DNA of 64,000 nucleotides, from NCBI GenBank assembly GCA_045595165.1, contig JAZNZY010000017.1:6689-70688 (forward strand), read 5' to 3'. The translations under genes were made by a program, and so were the position numbers. Positions within the stretch are counted from its first letter, which is position 1. Each line of letters starts with the position of its first letter. Shown piece after piece: positions 8,670 to 15,838 of this stretch. Origin of the DNA: Eubacteriales bacterium (GTDB taxonomy: Bacteria; Bacillota; Clostridia; Oscillospirales; CAG-382). The notes below the pieces were generated by a model. The model had not been told where the DNA came from, made no database searches, and was given only the letters and a program-made list of their open reading frames with translations.

Positions 8670-8690
8670 TGGAACTGCTCATTCTTTTTA
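8654..8690. terminator. Bidirectional terminator between convergent genes
   Basis: GAGCAGTTCC/GGAACTGCTC 10-bp stem flanked by A-rich and T-rich runs; overlaps both stop codons. Confidence 0.75.
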
Positions 8691-9251
8691 TTTGTTCTCC
8701 TCGATCTTCTTTATTGTGTCCTTGTTTATCTCTGCCTTCAACTCCTTGGTCCATTCCGACCACGCCACGTTTTCTTCGCCGTATGTCAGATTAAGAGAAT
8801 ATTCCAGTGGAAGCCAGGTGCTTATGTCCGATTCGTTATGGGCAATGACCGCTTCCATATTATCCAGGGATTTCCACAGCCGCGCTTCGGGAGTTTTAAG
8901 TTCTTCCATTTCATCAAAGAGTGCGGACAATTCCTTTTCCGTGTCGGTGGGGAGCCGTTTTAACAGTTTGTCAATGGCTTTTTCCTCGGTTTCCTCGTGT
9001 TCTTCCGTTTTGTTAAAGGCAGGAATATCTCCCGTAACCGCTTCACCGAAATCGTGGATAAGGCACATTTTTATAACCTTGTTTATATCAACTTCGGGAA
9101 ATTCATCCTTGCACAGCATTGCCATAAGTGCTATCCGCCAGGAATGGTCTGCCACGCTTTCACGGCGGTTTTCCTCGGTATAGCAATGTCTGTATGTGGT
9201 TTTAAGCTTTCCAATATAGGTTGTAAAATCAATAAGCTCTCTCGGTGTCAT
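8688..9251 (-). CDS. HD domain-containing phosphohydrolase (YfbR-like 5'-nucleotidase family)
   Basis: VADHSWR ... LIHDFGEAVTGD metal-binding motifs; 187 aa. Confidence 0.8.
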   Translation of the reverse strand: MTPRELIDFTTYIGKLKTTYRHCYTEENRRESVADHSWRIALMAMLCKDEFPEVDINKVIKMCLIHDFGEAVTGDIPAFNKTEEHEETEEKAIDKLLKRLPTDTEKELSALFDEMEELKTPEARLWKSLDNMEAVIAHNESDISTWLPLEYSLNLTYGEENVAWSEWTKELKAEINKDTIKKIEENK

Positions 9252-9371
9252 TGTTTTGCTCCTGTTGAATTTAATATTACTCTATTAATTATATCATAAA
9301 TCTACGTATTTGTCAGCAAAAAATACAAATTATTTCTGCATAACGTATATAAAAGCAATTCGTTTTTTCCC

Positions 9372-9400
9372 TTGACAATTTCTCATATTTATATTATACT
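9372..9400 (+). promoter_or_regulatory. Sigma-A promoter for tRNA-Pro
   Basis: TTGACA(9372-9377), 17-nt spacer, TATACT(9395-9400), about 30 nt upstream of the tRNA 5' end. Confidence 0.75.
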
Positions 9401-9431
9401 ATGTCCCGTTGCAGGAAAACTAAATATATAA

Positions 9432-9508
9432 CGGGGTGTGGCTCAGTTTGGTAGAGCGCTTGGTTCGGGACCAAGAGGCCGGAGGTTCAAATCCTCTCAC
9501 TCCGACCA
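9432..9508 (+). tRNA. tRNA-Pro (anticodon CGG), CCA encoded
   Basis: Hand-folded cloverleaf. Acceptor CGGGGTG/CACTCCG, D arm GCTC/GAGC, anticodon stem CTTGG/CCAAG with loop TTCGGGA, T arm GGAGG-TTCAAAT-CCTCT, discriminator A plus CCA. Confidence 0.9.
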
Positions 9509-9511
9509 AAA

Positions 9512-9541
9512 AAGCAGGTCTAATGACTTGCTTTTTATTTT
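9512..9541 (+). terminator. Rho-independent terminator after the tRNA
   Basis: AAGCAGGTC/GACTTGCTT stem with loop TAAT, then TTTATTTTT. Confidence 0.7.
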
Positions 9542-9548
9542 TAAAAAC

Positions 9549-9574
9549 ACCGAACCTTTTTCAAAATCTGCGAC
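9549..9574 (+). promoter_or_regulatory. Candidate ECF-type promoter (AAC-N15-CGAC) with the shared ACCGAACCTTTT box
   Basis: ACCGAACCTTTT at 9549-9560 is identical to 2345-2356. CGAC lies at 9571-9574. The site is about 36 nt upstream of the sigma gene ATG. Confidence 0.4.
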
Positions 9575-9609
9575 CTTGTATACGAAAGCTTTCAAAAGAG
9601 GTACCGATA

Positions 9610-11292
9610 ATGCAAAACAAATTAATTGAAGAACAAACAGAATTTTTGCTGTCGGCAGCTTTAAAAAAGTCCGGGAATATGATCGACGCAGAAGACCTTG
9701 CGCAGGAAACCTTGCTGTGCGCTTTGTCTTATACGGCAAAGGGCGGAGTAATTAACGATATGCGCGGATGGCTTCTTACCGTTTTAAGCAACAAGTGGAA
9801 CAATATGCTTCGTAAAAAATACCGTCAGCCCGTTATCGGAATAGGTGAAGGGTTTGATATTGTTGACGAAAGCGCTTGTTTTCCCGAAGAAGAGGAATGC
9901 GATAAAGCCGAGATTGTGCGTAAAACCGTGGCGCACCTGGCAAAAACATACCGAGAGGTAATCGTGCGCCATTATATGAACGGTGAAAGCGTTGCTGAAA
10001 TATCCAAATCAATGGGAATTCCCGAAGGGACAGTTAAAAGCAGACTGCACAGCGGAAGAAACCGTATGAAAGAGGAAATGAAATTTATGGAAAATTATTC
10101 TAACCAAAGCTTCAGTCCCGTTACGTTATGGATAGCGAACAGCGGAAATAACGGAATAAATAACGAACCCGGTTCCCTTGTGAATGATAATTTGCTTGCG
10201 CAAAACATACTTTGGGCTGCATACGAAAAGCCGTTTACTGCAGAAGCTATCGCAAAAAGCATAGGTGTCCCCACAGCCTACGTCGAGCCTATTCTCGAAA
10301 AGCTTACAGAAGGAGAATTAATGGTCAAAACCGGTAATAAATACTATACCGATTTTATCATTTATACGGTAGAGGACAAAGAAAGACATATTCCCGCACA
10401 GAAAGAATACATAAAAGATAATTTTTCACTTATCTGGAAGTATATCGAAAACGGTCTGGTGGAGCTGAAGCAGCAGGATTTTTACCAAAAGCTTAATTTT
10501 GACCAAAAGAATTCTTTGGAAATGTACTTTGCCTTTAATTGCCTCGATTACGGGATTTATCGTATCATAAGTAATATTCTGGGTGAAGATCAACAGTTTC
10601 CTTACAGAAAAGACGGCGGACGGTGGATCGCCTTTGCGACGGTCAATTTCAAAGAATTTAATCCTATGGATCATCTTGATCTGATGATGCACGCCTACAG
10701 CGGTGAACGGCACACATATTTTGAAAAATTCACAAACCGTATGGTGTGCCAGCACGTATATTCCGCAGACGGATTTCCCAACTATTCCTATTACGCTTCG
10801 CCCGATTACGATTTTATAAAAGACGGTGAAAACGTTGATGAGATCATTACAAAGCTTTTATTCATACTTCACATGGGTATTCCCGCAGAACACGTAGGCT
10901 TTAACGAAGAATACCTGAAGATGATCCCTCATCTTGTAAAATGCAAGATATTACGTGAAGAAAACGGAAATATCTGCGTAAATATTCCTGTTATTGATAA
11001 AAAGGAATCCGATATTCTTTATGCTATTCTTACCGAAGCAAAGTGCGGTATGGAAGCAGACGAAGAATTAAGAAAGATTTTTGCGGAATTTATAAACGGC
11101 AAAGAAACACCTTGTCCGTCCCATATAGAAAGCGTTCCCGTTTTCAAACGCTATATGTGTCCCGTAAACGCTATGCTGTTTTCCTGCCTGCGGGAGGCTA
11201 TGAAGAGAAACAAGCTTTACGACGGCGATTACGATAATGACGAAGAAAAAGTAAACCAGCATCCTTGTCCGATGATTTTGGTGATTGAATAG
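9610..11292 (+). CDS. ECF-like sigma-70 family sigma factor with a ~390-aa fused C-terminal extension
   Basis: Region 2 (EDLAQETLLCAL, WLLTVLSNKWNNMLRKK) and region 4 (EISKSMGIPEGTVKSRLHSGR). Start set at ATG 9610 because the ORF-track start 9436 reads through the tRNA. Confidence 0.85.
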   Translation: MQNKLIEEQTEFLLSAALKKSGNMIDAEDLAQETLLCALSYTAKGGVINDMRGWLLTVLSNKWNNMLRKKYRQPVIGIGEGFDIVDESACFPEEEECDKAEIVRKTVAHLAKTYREVIVRHYMNGESVAEISKSMGIPEGTVKSRLHSGRNRMKEEMKFMENYSNQSFSPVTLWIANSGNNGINNEPGSLVNDNLLAQNILWAAYEKPFTAEAIAKSIGVPTAYVEPILEKLTEGELMVKTGNKYYTDFIIYTVEDKERHIPAQKEYIKDNFSLIWKYIENGLVELKQQDFYQKLNFDQKNSLEMYFAFNCLDYGIYRIISNILGEDQQFPYRKDGGRWIAFATVNFKEFNPMDHLDLMMHAYSGERHTYFEKFTNRMVCQHVYSADGFPNYSYYASPDYDFIKDGENVDEIITKLLFILHMGIPAEHVGFNEEYLKMIPHLVKCKILREENGNICVNIPVIDKKESDILYAILTEAKCGMEADEELRKIFAEFINGKETPCPSHIESVPVFKRYMCPVNAMLFSCLREAMKRNKLYDGDYDNDEEKVNQHPCPMILVIE

Positions 11293-11296
11293 CAGA

Positions 11297-11331
11297 ACAA
11301 AAAATCCTCCGAAAACATCGGAGGATTTTTA
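11297..11331. terminator. Bidirectional terminator
   Basis: ATCCTCCGA/TCGGAGGAT stem flanked by an A-run and a T-run, between convergent genes. Confidence 0.8.
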
Positions 11332-11332
11332 A

Positions 11333-11746
11333 TCATTTCTTCCTGCTGTCCAGCCAGCTTTGCAAAATGATCTGAGCGGAAAGAGTGTCAATAACGTTTT
11401 TGCGTTTTTTACCGTTGAATTCCGTTGCGTTGAGATATCGGTAAGCTTCCATTGTGGAAAGACGCTCGTCCATAAACTCGTATTCCAGCCCCGTTGCTTC
11501 CTTCATCATATCCGCAAAGCGCTGTGTCCGCTCAGCTCGGAAGGATAGCGATCCGTCCATATTCTTCGGAAGACCGATAACCAGCTTTTCCGCACCAAGC
11601 TCTTTTGCTTTTTCGCTTATCTTTTTAACCGCATCGTTAATTCCGTTTACCTTTACCGTTCCTTGCGCCGTTGCAAGAGATTCGCCGTAATCGGAGGTTG
11701 CCAAGCCGATGCGCGCATCACCGAAGTCGATTCCTAAAATTCTCAT
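11333..11746 (-). CDS. ruvX: Holliday junction resolvase-like protein RuvX (YqgF)
   Basis: MRILGIDFGDARIGLATSD N-terminus and YqgF length (137 aa). Confidence 0.9.
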   Translation of the reverse strand: MRILGIDFGDARIGLATSDYGESLATAQGTVKVNGINDAVKKISEKAKELGAEKLVIGLPKNMDGSLSFRAERTQRFADMMKEATGLEYEFMDERLSTMEAYRYLNATEFNGKKRKNVIDTLSAQIILQSWLDSRKK

Positions 11747-11844
11747 AAATCAAACCTTTTTTACAATTTTTTCTCTTTGCTTTTTAGTCATAATTTTTTC
11801 ATATTCGGCAATAATACTATTGCCCCCGAAAAAGGAGCGAAAAA

Positions 11845-12084
11845 ATGAATGATAAAAAGCAATCAAAACAAAACGGCAGACAAAGGTATCTTTTCGGTGA
11901 AAACCGTTTCAGATATCCAAATATGCCGGAGATAGAAGTCCCCAATATATTATATCCCATCGGTTATCCGGACCCGCTGATAGGAATGGATATGCTTTCA
12001 AGCGATACCGACCCTAACGGAAGTTATACCGGTACACCGATAGATAAAAGTGAACAACCGGTTCAGGACGCAGACGATCTATAA
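11845..12084 (+). CDS. Hypothetical small protein (79 aa, basic N-terminus, acidic C-terminal tail ...PVQDADDL)
   Basis: Strong RBS AAGGAG 7 nt upstream; a hairpin lies downstream; no family recognised. Confidence 0.55.
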   Translation: MNDKKQSKQNGRQRYLFGENRFRYPNMPEIEVPNILYPIGYPDPLIGMDMLSSDTDPNGSYTGTPIDKSEQPVQDADDL

Positions 12085-12132
12085 AGACTGCGTCCCGACC
12101 GTTTCAAACGGCTGTCATATGGCAGCCGCTAC

Positions 12133-13152
12133 TTATTTGTTTAAAATTTTTTCGATATTTTCGATCATTTTCTTTGCCATAAAGTACATTCCCAGATCAT
12201 TGGGATGTAAATAGTCAACAAAGCAAAGATCGCTCATCTCTGCGGGGAAGTATTCTCTTCCGTCAAGGAAATAAACGTTTTTATCACCCTCTGCCAAGGC
12301 GCGCTCGTAGGTGGTCTTAACGATCTCGATTCGCTTAAGATCGTTTTCGGACGTAGGCCAGCAATAGGGATGGGTGCACATAAGCACGGGGGTATCGGGA
12401 TGAGCGTCCCTGAAGGTCTTGTAAAAGGGGTAGTGGGTTGTTTCAAGCTCTTCCAAAGAGCGTGCGTTGAAAACGTAGTCCATTACGAACAAGCCGATAT
12501 CATCTCTTGTTGCCATATATTCCGCAACGGATTGCTCACCGAAAGCAGAACCGGAAAATCCGAGATTGATACAATCCGCGTCAAAATGACGGCACACGAT
12601 ATTTGCAAAAGCTGTTCCCGCGCGGGATGCACAGCCGCCCTGTGTAATGGAAGAACCGTAGAACGCGATAGGCGCGGTAGTTCTTTCGGCAGGCGCTTTA
12701 AGAGTCGCTCCTTCGGGAATACCAACCTCAATATCCTCGATACCTGCGTAAAGAGGCATATAAATAAGCACTTCGTTTTCGCCTGCGGGGAGGTCAACCT
12801 CGTTTTCGTTTTGCTCGGTGCTGTCTGCAAAGGTCTGCATCATTTTTCCGCAGTACTCTCTGTTTTCACCGCTTCCCACGAGAATATCAAGTCCCCATAC
12901 GCCTCTGTGGGTAAAATGGTTCATACCAACGGTTACAACGCGAAGCTTGTTGCGGATACAAATAGTGTCCGCATCGGTTACAAAGCGCACCGTGCCGCCG
13001 GAGGTCTGGTGAGCAAGTCCGCTGTTTGCGCCGGAATAACTATCCTTTTTGCTTGCGTCAAGACGGTAATATTCGCCGTGGTTTTTATCGGGGTGGAGAA
13101 TACCGCCGATAACAAAGGGATCGTTTTTTACATTTGTAAAGATGTATTCCAT
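12133..13152 (-). CDS. SGNH/GDSL hydrolase family protein (carbohydrate esterase-like, N-terminal beta-sandwich plus SGNH domain)
   Basis: Block I FYGSSITQGG with the catalytic Ser; C-terminal DYLHPND (Asp/His block V); 339 aa. Confidence 0.8.
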   Translation of the reverse strand: MEYIFTNVKNDPFVIGGILHPDKNHGEYYRLDASKKDSYSGANSGLAHQTSGGTVRFVTDADTICIRNKLRVVTVGMNHFTHRGVWGLDILVGSGENREYCGKMMQTFADSTEQNENEVDLPAGENEVLIYMPLYAGIEDIEVGIPEGATLKAPAERTTAPIAFYGSSITQGGCASRAGTAFANIVCRHFDADCINLGFSGSAFGEQSVAEYMATRDDIGLFVMDYVFNARSLEELETTHYPFYKTFRDAHPDTPVLMCTHPYCWPTSENDLKRIEIVKTTYERALAEGDKNVYFLDGREYFPAEMSDLCFVDYLHPNDLGMYFMAKKMIENIEKILNK

Positions 13153-13161
13153 ATATATACC

Positions 13162-13338
13162 TCAATTCTGTTTTCGAACTGTTTTATATTCATCGTAAGG
13201 GTTGTAATAAGGACATCCGTTTTTTGAGCTTAGCAGGGCTACCATTTCGTCCTCGTCAAAATCCGCATCGCAAACGTATGTGTCCGTATATTCGTCGTAT
13301 GCGTAATACATACAGTTTTCGCAAAGATTATCCGGCAT
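13162..13338 (-). CDS. Small Cys-rich protein (58 aa; CxxC plus 2 Cys, Tyr/Asp/Glu-rich), below the ORF-track cutoff
   Basis: ATG at 13338 preceded by AAGGAGA. Translates MPDNLCENCMYYAYDEYTDTYVCDADFDEDEMVALLSSKNGCPYYNPYDEYKTVRKQN. The stop lies 10 nt before the SGNH start. Confidence 0.6.
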   Translation of the reverse strand: MPDNLCENCMYYAYDEYTDTYVCDADFDEDEMVALLSSKNGCPYYNPYDEYKTVRKQN

Positions 13339-13427
13339 TGTGATATCTCCTTAAAATTTGACTTGCTTTTTCTGATGAAAAGGCTTATAATTTATAAAAA
13401 ATAAGTTTGTAAAAGAGGAATTGTAAA

Positions 13428-13919
13428 ATGAAAGCACTTATAAAAGTTAAAGACCTCGGTGTTATGACTGCCGAACTTTATCCCGAAAAAGCGCCCAAAA
13501 CCGTAGAAAACTTCGTATCTCTCGCAAAAAGCGGTTTTTACAAAGGACTTATCTTCCACCGCGTTATTGAAGGCTTTATGATCCAGGGCGGCGGATTTGA
13601 TTCTTCCTTTGCCCACAAGGACGCAAAGGCGATAAAAGGTGAATTTGCAGGAAACGGATTTGCAGGCAACGATATTGCCCATACCCGCGGCGTGCTGTCA
13701 ATGGCTCGCACCATGGATCCCAACTCCGCATCCTCCCAGTTTTTTGTAATGCACAAAAACGCACCTCATCTTGACGGTCAGTACGCGGCGTTCGGCTGCC
13801 TTACCGATGGCTTTGATGTGCTTGACACAATTGCAAGTACAGATACCGGTAGATACGGCTATTATTCTGACGTGCCCAAAACCGCAATAGTTATTGAAGA
13901 TATTGAAATAGTTGATTAA
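13428..13919 (+). CDS. ppiB: Peptidyl-prolyl cis-trans isomerase, cyclophilin type
   Basis: FHRVIEGFMIQGGG and SMARTMDPNSASSQFF cyclophilin signatures. Confidence 0.92.
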   Translation: MKALIKVKDLGVMTAELYPEKAPKTVENFVSLAKSGFYKGLIFHRVIEGFMIQGGGFDSSFAHKDAKAIKGEFAGNGFAGNDIAHTRGVLSMARTMDPNSASSQFFVMHKNAPHLDGQYAAFGCLTDGFDVLDTIASTDTGRYGYYSDVPKTAIVIEDIEIVD

Positions 13920-13926
13920 TCCTTTT

Positions 13927-13957
13927 GCCCGACATTACGTCGGGCTTTCTTTTTTTA
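13927..13957. terminator. Bidirectional terminator
   Basis: GCCCGAC/GTCGGGC stem, then TTTCTTTTTTT; shared by convergent ppiB and the MBL hydrolase gene. Confidence 0.8.
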
Positions 13958-14554
13958 AAATAATCCTCTTTTTTCACGGTTTAGTGTGGTTTTCGGTCCG
14001 TGTCCGGGATAAACGGTATAATCTTTTTCCAAGCGGAAAAGCTTGCGTATAGATTCGTATTCAGTAGCGGTATCTCCGCCGTAAAGGTCCGTCCTGCCGA
14101 TGCCGTTTTTAAACAGCGTGTCACCGGAAATCAGAATATCTCCGCATATAAAGCAACTGCTTCCTTTTGTGTGACCGGGTGTGTGAAGCACTTTGAGGTG
14201 AATATCACCAAAGTACATTTCATTATCACCGTCAAAAAACAAAGGCGTTGTAGTACATACTATATCGCTTCCGGGAAGCAGGAATGAAGCGTTTTTGCGG
14301 GGATCATCAAGCATTTCCGCATCCAACACGTTTATATATAAATTTGCGCCTGTTTCGCGGCAGATATCGTCTACCGCACCTATATGGTCAAAATGACCGT
14401 GTGTAAGTATTACGGCGCGGAGATCGTATCCTTCAAGGAGTGAATATATTTTTTCTTTTTCTCCGTCGGGATCGAATACGACCGCATCCGTACCCTCGGT
14501 AAGTATGTAGCAGTTTGTTCCGAGCAGACCGCAATTAATCGTTTTTATTTCCAT
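13955..14554 (-). CDS. MBL-fold metallo-hydrolase (glyoxalase II-like)
   Basis: THGHFDHIG (HxHxDH) motif. Start taken at MEIKTINCG (14554). An alternative TTG lies at 14572. The start overlaps the upstream gene's 3' end. Confidence 0.85.
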   Translation of the reverse strand: MEIKTINCGLLGTNCYILTEGTDAVVFDPDGEKEKIYSLLEGYDLRAVILTHGHFDHIGAVDDICRETGANLYINVLDAEMLDDPRKNASFLLPGSDIVCTTTPLFFDGDNEMYFGDIHLKVLHTPGHTKGSSCFICGDILISGDTLFKNGIGRTDLYGGDTATEYESIRKLFRLEKDYTVYPGHGPKTTLNREKRGLF

Positions 14555-15704
14555 TCTCGTGAATCCTGTCAAGTAAAGTTACCCATTTGACCGCCGTTCT
14601 CATATCGGGCAGGGGATGGATATAGACCAGTTTATTTTTATAATATACGTCAAATGCTGAACCGACGGTGATAGGGAATCCGCCCAGCTTGTCTATGGGA
14701 TAAAAGGCTTCAAATTCTTCACCGAAAATTTCACCCTTCATATAAAATCCCGTTTTATCAAGCTTTACAAAGCCTTTGCCCGCTTGGTGGTCGATGTTTC
14801 CTTTTTCGTTTTTTGTACCGAATATCGCTTCGCTTTCAAGAACTTCGTTTTCGGGGTCAAGACATTGCTTTTGCCATTCCATCCATTCGTTTATTCTTGA
14901 AAATCTTGAACCGTGCAAAACGTATTTGTTGTCCAGCATCGCATCCGCACCGCACTCATCACAGGTAATGTGACCGTTTTTCGCGGTCATTTTAAATTCG
15001 CTCATACATTCGGGGCATTTGTAAACGATACCGTCAAGTCCTTCTGTCATATCCTTGCAACGGTATTCGGTCCCCGCCATCGCCAACTCATCATCGTGAA
15101 GAATAGCTTTGTCAATACGTGCGCTTATTTCCTCAAGAGAAAGCTTTTTGATTTCTTCTGCGGCAAACAGCTTTGCTGTGGTAATATTGATCTTGCCTTT
15201 GCGGTTTTTCTTTCTCCATTTGGGAAATGTAAGATATGCGCCGTTACCGGTAACCGAATAAACGTCAACACCGCAGCTCTTGACAAGCTCTGCCGTGCCT
15301 GCCGTTACGGCAAGAGAATGACCGTACCAGGTAAGTCTGCCTTCGGGAAACAAAACGATGGTGTTTCCGCATTTTAAAGCGCGGCGTATATTCATAATAG
15401 TTCCCACATCGGCGCAGAACATCTTTTTCGTTATCACGCGCATCATCTTCATAACGGGGCGCAAAATAGGGAAGCCCGCAAAATGCTCGCTCATAACGAA
15501 TGTGGGACGGTGGGGAAACAGACCGAATGCGGTCAAAAAATGGTCGCTGTTGGAAAGGTGGGGACAAAGAACTATTGCCGCGCCCTTCATATCCTTGATA
15601 CCGCTTCTGTCAACGGTAACGCCGTATGCGAGTCTGTAGTATACGCGCATTATAAAATACGCAGGGTAATATATTATTGCAGGTGGCTTTTTAAATTTTT
15701 TCAT
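14535..15704 (-). CDS. Lysophospholipid (PlsC-family) acyltransferase with an internal zinc-ribbon and extra C-terminal domain
   Basis: HLSNSD (HX4D) and FPEGR acyltransferase blocks; CPEC..x14..CDEC ribbon; RBS GAGGAG. Confidence 0.8.
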   Translation of the reverse strand: MKKFKKPPAIIYYPAYFIMRVYYRLAYGVTVDRSGIKDMKGAAIVLCPHLSNSDHFLTAFGLFPHRPTFVMSEHFAGFPILRPVMKMMRVITKKMFCADVGTIMNIRRALKCGNTIVLFPEGRLTWYGHSLAVTAGTAELVKSCGVDVYSVTGNGAYLTFPKWRKKNRKGKINITTAKLFAAEEIKKLSLEEISARIDKAILHDDELAMAGTEYRCKDMTEGLDGIVYKCPECMSEFKMTAKNGHITCDECGADAMLDNKYVLHGSRFSRINEWMEWQKQCLDPENEVLESEAIFGTKNEKGNIDHQAGKGFVKLDKTGFYMKGEIFGEEFEAFYPIDKLGGFPITVGSAFDVYYKNKLVYIHPLPDMRTAVKWVTLLDRIHENGNKND

Positions 15705-15773
15705 ATATAATCAACTCCTCTCAAATTATACCATATATTTGTTTTTTGTCAATGCGAAGCGAATCTTTTATAC

Positions 15774-15802
15774 TTGACAAAATCTCTGTCGGTATATATA
15801 AT
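15774..15802 (+). promoter_or_regulatory. Consensus sigma-A promoter
   Basis: TTGACA(15774-15779), 17 nt, TATAAT(15797-15802), upstream of the GH20 gene. Confidence 0.8.
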
Positions 15803-15838
15803 CTATATAGAAATTTATGTTATTTCAGGAGGAAAAGT

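Noticed and set aside
9436-9609. N-terminal 58 codons of the computed sigma-factor ORF
   Set aside because: This stretch is the tRNA-Pro gene, its terminator and the promoter region read as protein. The in-frame ATG at 9610 begins the real sigma factor.
9432-11331. tRNA-Pro as an integration hotspot with the adjacent sigma gene as island cargo
   Set aside because: By eye I found no direct repeat of the tRNA 3' end downstream, no integrase or recombinase, and no obviously deviant composition for the sigma gene.
12098-12128. Overlapping hairpins (CCGTTT/AAACGG and CGGCTGTC/GGCAGCCG) between convergent genes, considered as a bidirectional terminator
   Set aside because: No clear U-tract follows on either strand. 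It probably functions as a weak terminator or RNA-stability element, but the support is too thin to list it as a feature.
12370-13227. 285-aa plus-strand ORF antisense to the SGNH hydrolase gene. Similar long antisense ORFs lie at 16736-17629, 32835-33527, 39596-40321, 48505-49440 and 59691-60614.
   Set aside because: Each lies opposite a gene with clear family motifs (SGNH, GH20, glyA, nagB, purA, OppD-type ATPase). They have no SD sequences and give Cys/Arg/Val-rich nonsense-like translations. These are shadow ORFs.
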